Origin: Vicinamibacteria bacterium
Lineage (GTDB): Bacteria; Acidobacteriota; Vicinamibacteria; Marinacidobacterales; Marinacidobacteraceae
DNA length: 64,000 bases
Reading direction: 5' to 3'
NCBI GenBank assembly: GCA_965115855.1
Contig: OZ220470.1
Span: forward strand, 1,335,376 to 1,399,375
Below are positions 9,745 through 17,872 of the stretch, one piece after another. Below the pieces are notes generated by a model, which worked only from the letters and a program-made list of their open reading frames with translations, ran no database searches and was not told the origin of the DNA. Position 1 is the stretch's first letter. The number at the start of each line of letters is the position of its first letter. Position numbers and translations under genes: made by a program.

Positions 9745-11749
9745 CGGAACTTCACCAGGCATCAGGCGCAGATTTTGCTCTCAACACATTGATATTCATG
9801 GCTTTTCAGAACGGATTGCTGGCTTTCAACCTGTCTCCGTCATGGGAACAGCCTGGTCCGGTTTGACATCCAGGAGGCTCAACGCTCGGTCTTGTAGCGT
9901 TGTGGGTCGGGTCACGATGGCCACCCTTGCCTGCTCTGTTCCCGGCAGGCGCACCGTGTTCAACACGATGGTGGAGAGATCATCAAGCAGCGTCCGGAAG
10001 CTGTGAACCGGCATCCCGTCGGAGGTGCGCCTGGTCGCGGCCTTGCCTTGGGCGCCGGGCGACGGCATGGCTCTCTCGACCGGTGTGGCGCGGCGGCGGC
10101 GAGCGGCGACTCGATCGTCGTCTTCGAACAACAGCGGCGCCAACCGCCGCCGCATGTGCCACTCGAGGTAGTAGCTCAGCACGCACAGGAACACATGGCC
10201 CCGCACATGCTCCTCGGTGTAGACGTGGACCGGTCGTAGCCGCAGGTCGGACTTGGCGATACGGAACGCCCGTTCCACGGTGGACAGGCTCTTGTAGGCT
10301 TCCACGACGGCGTTCGGCGCCATGCCCTCGAGGCTGGTCCGGACGATGAAGATGCCGTCGAAGCGGGCCTCGTCCTCGATCCGCTCCTTGCGGCGTCTCC
10401 AGGTGAGGATGTTGTCCGCGATGGTGATGTCGAACAGTTTCTCGACTTGGTGGCGGTTGGCGTGGCGCCCGACGCGGCGCCCGATCTCCACCCGGTCGGA
10501 GAGGGCGCCGGAACGAACGGAAGTTGCGATGCGGTCCAGCGCCTGTTCGGTGGCCTTGAGCAGGGCCTCCCGCTTGCGGCGGCGTTCTTCGCGCAGACGC
10601 GGGTTCAGACACACCATGAGTCGTTCGCCGGGGAAGTCGGGACTCGTGATCTCGGCTACTGCATCGGGCGTCAACTCGTCGGGGGCAAGCGTTGTCCGGG
10701 CCAGCTTGCGCAGATCGACGGCCTTCAGCGCCGAGACCCAGGCAAGGCCTGCGGGTTTGAGGTCGCCCTGGATGCGGGCGGAGGTGATCATCCCGCGGTC
10801 GCCCACCAGGGCGATGCGAGTAATGCCGAAGCGCTTTTGGATCTTGTTGACCTGGGAGGCCAGAGTGGTCGGGTCGGCGGTGTTGCCGGCAAACAGTTCG
10901 ACCGCGATCGGACAGCCTTCGGAGTTGCAGAGCAGGCCGAAGACGATCTGCTTCTTGCCCTTCTTGCCGTCGCGGTTGTAGCCGAAGGCGGCCAGCGGGC
11001 AACAGCGGCCTTCGAGGAAGGAACTCGACACGTCGTAGAGGACCAGGGTCGCATCGCGCAGATGACGGCGGGCCAACGAGCGCTCGATCCAAGGCTGGCG
11101 CTTGAGCAACCAGTCGAGCATGCCGAGCAACTCGTTGCCGGTGACCGGCCCGAGTTCCAGCAGGGGGCCGAGGCTGTTGGTGGCGGTCTCCGGCGACAGG
11201 CGCCGGGCAGTGGCGAGCTTGGAGTCAGGGGCGAGGACGCGGGAGACGATCGCGGCCAGCGCCAACTGACGCTCGCGGGTGCGGGTTCGGTGCAGGAGGC
11301 GATCCAGTCCCAGTCGGCGGGCGGTGCCGAGCACGGCAAGGACATTGCCGTGATGGAGCGAACGCTCGACGTCGAAGAGTTCGGCGGCGTCGCGAACGGC
11401 AATGCCGCCCTTGAGAACGGTGCGGAAGCCCTCGACGATGTGGGGAGGGAGCTTGGAGAGGTTGGCAAGGGTCTTCTTGCGAACGGACTTGCCCTCGCGC
11501 CAAGCGTGCCGGAGTAGGACGGCGGGTTTTCCGGCTTGGTTGGGGATGCGTTCGATGTTGAGAGCCACGACGGATTATGGGAACAACAGGTCGAAGCATA
11601 CGTAATCATATTCCTGCTGTCAACTGGCACACAAGCTGCTGTGGGTGTTTCGTGTTATGGGAACATATATCCAGTTTTCAACTCGCAAAATGCACTGAAA
11701 ATACAGTCAAATCAACACGTTAGGGTGCTGATACGCCCGTGAAGTTCCG
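9745..11749 (-). mobile_element. IS1634-family insertion sequence, apparently complete
   Basis: Terminal inverted repeats CGGAACTTCAC.../...GTGAAGTTCCG flanked by a duplicated target (G)TTTCAA(C); exact ends are ambiguous by 1-2 bp. Confidence 0.88.
9826..11568 (-). CDS. IS1634 family DDE transposase
   Basis: TLANLSKLP, LYDVSS.FLEG, FGYNRDGK, LVGDRGM, YKSL..VERAFR..K...RPVH, HVFLC.LSYYL. Confidence 0.93.
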   Translation of the reverse strand: MALNIERIPNQAGKPAVLLRHAWREGKSVRKKTLANLSKLPPHIVEGFRTVLKGGIAVRDAAELFDVERSLHHGNVLAVLGTARRLGLDRLLHRTRTRERQLALAAIVSRVLAPDSKLATARRLSPETATNSLGPLLELGPVTGNELLGMLDWLLKRQPWIERSLARRHLRDATLVLYDVSSSFLEGRCCPLAAFGYNRDGKKGKKQIVFGLLCNSEGCPIAVELFAGNTADPTTLASQVNKIQKRFGITRIALVGDRGMITSARIQGDLKPAGLAWVSALKAVDLRKLARTTLAPDELTPDAVAEITSPDFPGERLMVCLNPRLREERRRKREALLKATEQALDRIATSVRSGALSDRVEIGRRVGRHANRHQVEKLFDITIADNILTWRRRKERIEDEARFDGIFIVRTSLEGMAPNAVVEAYKSLSTVERAFRIAKSDLRLRPVHVYTEEHVRGHVFLCVLSYYLEWHMRRRLAPLLFEDDDRVAARRRRATPVERAMPSPGAQGKAATRRTSDGMPVHSFRTLLDDLSTIVLNTVRLPGTEQARVAIVTRPTTLQDRALSLLDVKPDQAVPMTETG

Positions 11750-11905
11750 TTTCAACGAACGGGTACGCGGGAGTCATCACATTTTTTCCCGGGAGGGCAT
11801 TTTCGATATCGTGAATCTGCAAGATTTCAGCGGATGCGCGAAGCCTTATCAGGTCCGCCAGGTACGGCGCTTAATTTTGAAATACAAACTGGGAGTGGAA
11901 AACTA

Positions 11906-12118
11906 ATGCACAAGTACGAGATTATTCTTTATTGGAGCAACGAAGACCAAGCGTTCATTGCCGAGGTCCCCGAATTGCCGGGCTGCATGGCACACGGTGA
12001 CGATCAGGAGGCCGCTCTGCGCAATATCAGGGACGCCATGGAGTTCTGGATCGACACGGCGCGTGAGTTGGGACGTCAGATTCCGGAGCCGAAGGGCGAG
12101 CGGCTGATGCTTGCCTGA
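11906..12118 (+). CDS. hicB: HicB family antitoxin
   Basis: YEIILYWSNEDQAFIAEVPELPGCMAHG...IPEP; the ATG overlaps the hicA stop (TAATG). Confidence 0.9.
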   Translation: MHKYEIILYWSNEDQAFIAEVPELPGCMAHGDDQEAALRNIRDAMEFWIDTARELGRQIPEPKGERLMLA

Positions 12119-12165
12119 ACACGTGCACAACTACGCGGATACGGACTTGCCGACACCATGAAATT

Positions 12166-12507
12166 GCCTCAACTCAATTTCGAGTGGATACGGGCGGGAA
12201 GCCCGTCGGGGGGCCGGGTGTCAAGGGCGGGCGTAGCCCGGCGGAGTGGACCCTTGACGCACGGACCCACGAGGGGCATGCTTGGTTCGGGTCGAAGGCA
12301 GCAGAATGCTGTTTTCGGCCCATCACTGCCTGGGAAACTCCATCATGGAGAACCAGATATTCGGAACCGCGCTCGGCTTGACGGGACCTTGGTTTCGTCG
12401 AGGTTCCTTCCGCACCATCCGCACCGTTTTCTTCCTCATCTCCGGGAAATTCGACTTCCCAGGCTCAGCACCCATTTCGCCTAACCCACTCGAAATTCAA
12501 TAGAGCC
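12166..12507 (+). mobile_element. Internally deleted ISL3-family element (MITE-like, ~342 bp)
   Basis: Imperfect TIRs GCCTCAACTCAATTTCGAGTGG / CCACTCGAAATTCAATAGAGCC. Inside, an ISL3 transposase N-terminus (MENQIFGTALGLTGPWF) is joined directly to its C-terminus (FRTIRTVFFLISGKFDF). Confidence 0.65.
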
Positions 12508-12510
12508 AAA

Positions 12511-12921
12511 AATGAGAAACTTGCCGGATACCTGCGGCGGAACATGATCGAGGCCAAGAAATCGGTTCACCACCACGTGGTCTATGAGTCAGACACCGAA
12601 GCCCGATTTGCGGAAGACTTGGAAAAGAACGAAGCCATCAAGGTCTACGCCAAACTTCCCGACAAGTTCACGGTTCCGACACCGCTCGGGAGCTACAATC
12701 CCGACTGGGCAGTTCTGGCCAACACCGCCGAAGGCGAACGGCTCTATTTTGTCGTGGAGACGAAAGGCAGCACGTTGTCTGACGATTTGCGCCTCGTGGA
12801 AAGGGCCAGGATCGAGTGCGGCAAGGCGCACTTCAAGGCCTTGGAGGTGGGCGAGGAGCCCGTGCAGTACGAGGTTGCCAAGAGCGTGGACGATCTGCTT
12901 GCGGGCCCCGCGGTGACCTGA
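12511..12921 (+). pseudogene. C-terminal endonuclease remnant of a type III restriction enzyme (Res)
   Basis: YESDTEARFA, VYAKLP..F.VPTPLGSYNPDWA, LYFVVETKG (PD-(D/E)XK), ARIECGKAHF; helicase domains absent. Confidence 0.8.
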
Positions 12922-13049
12922 CCCGATTTCGACGCCGTCACCGGTGCGGCCGGCACGAGCGAAACGCGACCGGCGTCCTTCGGCCAAACCACCGGGTGGC
13001 CACCCGCTCCGGGACGAGTCCCGCCGTTGCGAATCGTGCGTCCGGAACG

Positions 13050-13292
13050 CTACAGCAGCTTGATCAACGCGATAACAAGGCCCCCCTGGGCAATCAATGC
13101 TCCGATCATCCACTTCGGGAGATCGGCCTTGAGCTCAGCCAAACCCCGTGCGAGGTCGGTCTTCGTTGCGAGATTGGCGTTGAGCAACGCGACTTGCTCT
13201 TCGGCGAGGGTCTCGGCCTGCTCCTCGGTGAAGCCGCTCGCCGTCAGCCGCTTGACATAGCGGTGGGTATCGAACGCGATGGCTTCGGACAT
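13050..13292 (-). CDS. DUF1640/CCDC90-like small coiled-coil membrane protein
   Basis: FDTHRYVKRL..SGFTEEQAE, LATKTDL, C-terminal hydrophobic helix. Confidence 0.78.
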   Translation of the reverse strand: MSEAIAFDTHRYVKRLTASGFTEEQAETLAEEQVALLNANLATKTDLARGLAELKADLPKWMIGALIAQGGLVIALIKLL

Positions 13293-13378
13293 GACCCGAT
13301 TATAGGCCGGTTCGGGAACGGGCGCGGACCAGCGCCGAGGGCCGGAACCGCGGGCCGGCGGCCGGCGTTTCTCAAGTC

Positions 13379-14032
13379 ATGCGCATCACTCGAGCCTTCC
13401 TGGTAGCCGGGTCGCTGTCCGTGGTTTCGACCGCGGTCGCGGCTCTTTCCGAATCCGGCAGCGGGCGCCGGCGGCTGGCCGCCGTGACGCCCGAGCAACC
13501 CGTCCGCGTCCGGCTCTACGATCCGTACCGGCTGCTCGGCCGGGAGACGCGGGGGTGGGTGGAACGGGAGGTGAAACTCGCCTTTCGCCGCAGCGGGCTG
13601 GAGGTCCGCTTCGTGACCGGCGGAGGCGGGCTGGTGGTGCCGGCAACCCTCTATCCGGCAATTCCGGACCGCTGGGGCGTCTCGCCCGATGCCATCGGGG
13701 TCGCCATCGGGTCGCCTGGCGAGCGCCGCTCGGTCTTCTTGTCGGTCGAGACCGCGAAGCGAGCCATCGGATGGTCCGGGATCGATGTGGACGGTGACGG
13801 CGGCGCCCAGCGCCCTGGCGAGAGACGGCGGCTCGGCGTAGCCATCGGGCGCGTCCTCGCCCACGAGATCACCCACACCATCGCCCCCGACTGTCCCCAC
13901 ACCGAGACCGGCTTGATGGCGAAACAGCTGAACCGGAAAATGCTCACCGCGCCCGGAGTGGGGTTCGATGAAACGGCCACCCGCCACCTCCAGCGCAGCG
14001 CCGAGACATTCGGAGCGCCACAGAACGGCTGA
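13379..14032 (+). CDS. Secreted hypothetical protein with HExxH zincin motif
   Basis: Signal peptide; GRVLAHEITH....H..TGLM. Confidence 0.65.
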   Translation: MRITRAFLVAGSLSVVSTAVAALSESGSGRRRLAAVTPEQPVRVRLYDPYRLLGRETRGWVEREVKLAFRRSGLEVRFVTGGGGLVVPATLYPAIPDRWGVSPDAIGVAIGSPGERRSVFLSVETAKRAIGWSGIDVDGDGGAQRPGERRRLGVAIGRVLAHEITHTIAPDCPHTETGLMAKQLNRKMLTAPGVGFDETATRHLQRSAETFGAPQNG

Positions 14033-14160
14033 CACCACCTTCCAAGCCGGCCACGCACCGGCACGGCACGGAATGCACCCGGGAAGACCGGCCAGCCAGC
14101 AGACACTGAACCGGGGCGGCTTGCCGGTCGCTCCGACGAGCCGACCCCGTTCCCGAGCCG

Positions 14161-14598
14161 TTACCGGCTTCCTTCCCCGCCCCCCGGACCTTGCCCTTCG
14201 CCGCTGCCCTCGCCCCGGCGGTCATCGTCATCATCGTACCAATCGTCATCATCCGAATCGCCGTACCAAGGCACGAAGACGAAGCCGAAGCTCACCCCAT
14301 CCCCGGTTGCGGCAGGAACCACGGTCGGCTCGTTCACGATGGCCAAGCCCGATCGCAGCAGGGCCGAAACCGTCGCCGCGCACTTGTCCCCCCGCCGAAC
14401 CCGTACCGGAACGGCGCTGGTCAAGCTTGCATTGCCGACCACGATTCCCCCGGACTTGTCGGTCTCGCATCGGAGCAACGCCACCCGCCGGTAGTCGCAT
14501 CCGCGCTCGGCGGAGCAGTACTCCCCGGGGGACGCCACTGCGGGAGGCGCCTGGTACCCGGGCAGGAGGCCGATCACGAACGCTGTCAACATGAGCAT
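14161..14598 (-). CDS. Hypothetical exported protein with acidic tail
   Basis: Hydrophobic N-terminus and 4 Cys; fills the gap between two confident genes. Confidence 0.45.
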   Translation of the reverse strand: MLMLTAFVIGLLPGYQAPPAVASPGEYCSAERGCDYRRVALLRCETDKSGGIVVGNASLTSAVPVRVRRGDKCAATVSALLRSGLAIVNEPTVVPAATGDGVSFGFVFVPWYGDSDDDDWYDDDDDRRGEGSGEGQGPGGGEGSR

Positions 14599-14685
14599 GG
14601 GCGTCTTATATCACACGTCCTATTGTCGTCACCAAACGCCCCTCCACGGCGACCCGCAGCGCGGAACGGGGACGCCCGGCGCGGG

Positions 14686-17262
14686 CTACTCCCCCATCAG
14701 GGCGTTGAAGAACAGCTTGAAGGTGCCGTGGGTCTGCGCCCGGTGCTGGGCCCGGAACCCGATCATCACGATCGTGCCGTCGCCGTGCTCCACCGACACC
14801 ATCGCCGCCTTGCCGGCGATGGCTTCCTCGCCCAGCAGCCATCCACTCTGGAGAATGTCCCGGTCGACATAGGTCAGCACGCGGCGTACATCCGCACTCC
14901 GCGGTCCGGGGATCGTCTCGTACACCTGCCCGCCGGCGAGATAGGCGGCGAGCGCCTCCTCCGGCATGCCCCAGGCATACCGGCTCCCCGTGTCCACCTT
15001 CACCCGGAGCGTGGAGCCGGGCGCCCAGAACTCGTTCCCCCAGGTGCCGGCCACCGCATCCCGCACCGGGACGTCGAACTCGTCGAGCACCAGCTGTCCG
15101 GCCTGGGCAAAGGTCACCAGCGTGCCGCCATTGCGAACGAACGCCTCGAGCGCCGCCGCCCCTTCCGGTCCGAAACCGCTCCGGTAGTCCGGAGGAACCC
15201 CGTCGGGGTCGGGACCGCCGCCGGGTTCCCCGGTCGGGCCGAGCATCATCTGCTTCGAGTCGGCGGGAAGGATGATCACATCCCAGCGTTGATGGAGATT
15301 GCCGGCGCGGATCGCGTCGTCGAAAAGGCTCCGGTATGTGAAACCGAAGTCCTCGAGCAGCCAGCGGGTCCAACCCTCGTCCATGTTGCCCCCGTAGTAG
15401 CGCTGGTACATCCCGATGCGCTGGGGCGAAAGGGGCCGCGACACTCCCGACGCATCCCCGGAGAGGGCGGTGAAGTCGACCCCGGTCGCCGTCGCCACCT
15501 CGGTGAGCGTCGCCGCGGCGGCGTTCCCCGGAACCAGAAAGTCCCCGGGCTCCGCGCCGCCCGCCTGCCCGGTCGCGCGGCGCACCGGAACTTCGGCGGC
15601 GCGGAGCATGTTGGTCGCCCGGAACGCATCGTTCAGCGCGCCGTCGATCCGGTACCCGTTCGGGGCGGCGGCGTCCACCGCGCCGGGGACCAGCGTCCGC
15701 TCGGTGACAACCTCCAGCTCCGCCGTCACCGGAGTGCGCGCCTCGTCCACCCGCACGCCCATGAACTCGGCGAGCACGTCGCCCGACATGTCATAGGGAC
15801 GGATCGGATCGCCGTCGGCGGTCCGGGTGTAGGTGTTGTCCGGATAGAAGGTTCGGCCCAGCAGCCACCGGATGACCCCGCGCTTCGGCTGCGCCAGCGA
15901 GACCACCCAGCTTCCCGGCCCGTACACCCGGCCTTCGTGGGTGAACCCGGCGTTGGAGCGCTCCATGGTGATCCCCTGGAGGAGCAGCTTGTCCACCATC
16001 TTGCCCATGGTCAGCGGGTCGTGCTGGTCCGCCGGCACGATGTAGGCCTTCACCTCGTCCTCGGCGCCGCGCTGGATCTGCCGACTGGACTTGAGCCAGG
16101 CGTTCCGCAGGACGATCTCGCGGTTGCGCGCGGCAATCTCCAGCGGGGAGAAGGTGGCCACGATCTGCCGGTCCACGATGTCGCGCACCCGCCACCAGCC
16201 CCCCTTCCACGGGTTGGGGAAGGTGGTCTGCGCCTCGTACTCGGGAAGCTGGCGGGAGCCGCGGAGCTGGTCCGGATGGACATGAAGCGGCGTCGCCAGC
16301 CGGGCACTGGCGGACTCGGTAAGCATCCCGGCGATGTTGTGGAAGGGGGTGATCCAGTGGAAGCCGAAGTGTCCCCAACCGGAGTAGATGGCGGCATTCA
16401 CCGTCCCCTCGAAGCCCCTCTCCTCCATGCGATAGGCCATGTGCGCGCCGTACCAGGACATCTCGCGCCAGACGAGGGGATCACCGCCCGGACGGATGGG
16501 TTCGGCGTAGGGCGGCAGGTAGATCCGCGCGGTATAGGCGCCCATCTGGTGATGGTCGATGTACGCCTGCGGAATCCACTCGCGGAACAGGATCCGGGCG
16601 CCGTAGCGCGACTCCACGGTGTTCTGCATGAAGGCGTCGCGGTTGTTGTCGTGCCCGATGTAGTGGTGGTAGAGACTGGGCGGGCCCGCCCCCTCGTACT
16701 CGGTGCCCACCCAGCGGTCGTACCACTCGTTCACCAGGTCCACCCCGTCCGGGTTGAACGCCGGAATCAGGATGGAGATGGTGTTGTCCAGGATCTCCTG
16801 AATCCCCGGATCCTCGCGGGTGGCGAACAGCCAGACGATCTCGGCCGCCGACTGGGAGGCGGCGACTTCCGTCGAATGAAGCGCGTAGGTCTGGACGAAG
16901 ACGACCTTCCCCTCGGCGACGGCGCGGTCCACCTCCTCCTGGGAGTGTCCACGCGGATCCTGCAATATGGCGTTCATCCGCTGATATTCGTCGAGCCGCA
17001 CCAGGTTCTCCGGGGAGGAGATGAAGATCGAGAGGAAGGGCCGGCCGAGTGTCGAGCGCCCCATGTCCACCACCTGCACCCGGTCGCTTCGCTCGTCGAT
17101 GAGCTGGTAGTACTCGACGAGCTTGTTCCATTGGGCCAGCTTGCGATCCGCGCCCATGCGGTGCCCGAAGAACTCCTCCGGATCGGGAATCTGCGCCGCG
17201 GCCGGAGCCGCCAGCAACAGGGGGACAGCGAGAGCGAGGGAAAGAATGTTGGTGGTCTTCAT
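14686..17262 (-). CDS. M14 family zinc carboxypeptidase-like protein with C-terminal class I GATase-like domain
   Basis: Signal peptide MKTTNILSLAL; LHSTE, NPDG, HDNNRD, DHHQM; MDEGWTRWLLE, F.AFVRNGGTLV, FRAQHRAQTHGTFKL. Confidence 0.85.
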   Translation of the reverse strand: MKTTNILSLALAVPLLLAAPAAAQIPDPEEFFGHRMGADRKLAQWNKLVEYYQLIDERSDRVQVVDMGRSTLGRPFLSIFISSPENLVRLDEYQRMNAILQDPRGHSQEEVDRAVAEGKVVFVQTYALHSTEVAASQSAAEIVWLFATREDPGIQEILDNTISILIPAFNPDGVDLVNEWYDRWVGTEYEGAGPPSLYHHYIGHDNNRDAFMQNTVESRYGARILFREWIPQAYIDHHQMGAYTARIYLPPYAEPIRPGGDPLVWREMSWYGAHMAYRMEERGFEGTVNAAIYSGWGHFGFHWITPFHNIAGMLTESASARLATPLHVHPDQLRGSRQLPEYEAQTTFPNPWKGGWWRVRDIVDRQIVATFSPLEIAARNREIVLRNAWLKSSRQIQRGAEDEVKAYIVPADQHDPLTMGKMVDKLLLQGITMERSNAGFTHEGRVYGPGSWVVSLAQPKRGVIRWLLGRTFYPDNTYTRTADGDPIRPYDMSGDVLAEFMGVRVDEARTPVTAELEVVTERTLVPGAVDAAAPNGYRIDGALNDAFRATNMLRAAEVPVRRATGQAGGAEPGDFLVPGNAAAATLTEVATATGVDFTALSGDASGVSRPLSPQRIGMYQRYYGGNMDEGWTRWLLEDFGFTYRSLFDDAIRAGNLHQRWDVIILPADSKQMMLGPTGEPGGGPDPDGVPPDYRSGFGPEGAAALEAFVRNGGTLVTFAQAGQLVLDEFDVPVRDAVAGTWGNEFWAPGSTLRVKVDTGSRYAWGMPEEALAAYLAGGQVYETIPGPRSADVRRVLTYVDRDILQSGWLLGEEAIAGKAAMVSVEHGDGTIVMIGFRAQHRAQTHGTFKLFFNALMGE

Positions 17263-17342
17263 GACGGAAACCGGCCGCCCGCAGCCGAAGGGAAGAGGGC
17301 GCGGAAACCGGCCCGCGCGCCCGGAAGAATACCCGCAAGCAC

Positions 17343-17867
17343 TTACCGCAGGCTCTCCGCGGCTCCCGCCTCGATCTCGACCAGCCGCCCGCAGAGCCAG
17401 AGCAGGTCGGACACCCGGTTCACCCACGCGAGCACCTCGGGGGCGACTTCGCCGCCGGCTTCGGCAAAGCGAACGAGGATGCGCTCGGCGCGCCGGCACC
17501 TGGTGCGGGCCTGATCGAACGCCGCTCCCCCGGCGTGCTTTCCGGGGAGCGCCCAGTCGAAGGTGATCCGCTCGTCCTTCTCCCGTTCGCGGACCTCGGC
17601 AGTCACCGCCGCCAACTGCGCGGGAGTGATCCCCGGAGGCGACCCGGGCGGCCCCCCGATGCCGGCCGCAACCCGGAACAGGTCGCGCTGGATGGCCTCC
17701 GCGCGGGTTGCGATCGGCCCCGGTCCGCTGAGCGCGCGGGCGAGGGCGATCGCCGAGCCGAGTTCGTCGAGAACCCCGAGCACCTCCACCGCGAGCGATC
17801 CCTTGGACTCCCGGCGATCGCGGAACTGCGTCGTTCCGCCGTCACCCCGGGTCGTGGCGATGCTCAT
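17343..17867 (-). CDS. PduO-type cob(I)alamin adenosyltransferase
   Basis: IATTRGDGGTT, G.LDEL, ARTRCRRAER, VNRVSDLLW. Confidence 0.88.
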   Translation of the reverse strand: MSIATTRGDGGTTQFRDRRESKGSLAVEVLGVLDELGSAIALARALSGPGPIATRAEAIQRDLFRVAAGIGGPPGSPPGITPAQLAAVTAEVREREKDERITFDWALPGKHAGGAAFDQARTRCRRAERILVRFAEAGGEVAPEVLAWVNRVSDLLWLCGRLVEIEAGAAESLR

Positions 17868-17872
17868 CGCGA

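Larger units (their letters stand above)
9641..11906 (+). pseudogene. hicA: HicA toxin gene interrupted by IS1634
   Basis: Joining 9641-9745 to 11757-11906 gives MNRHERLLLTILRGNSDANIRSSDLWALLSYLGFNERVRGSHHIFSREGIFDIVNLQDFSGCAKPYQVRQVRRLILKYKLGVEN* with GSH and AKPYQV motifs. Confidence 0.88.

Noticed and set aside
9641-10006. 121-aa ORF as an intact gene
   Set aside because: It is the hicA 5' half reading into the IS1634 end.
14191-17514. Very long antisense ORFs (also 1395..3818, 6984..9227, 24915..27650, 38816..41536, 58163..60121)
   Set aside because: Shadow frames of real high-GC genes; no recognisable motifs.
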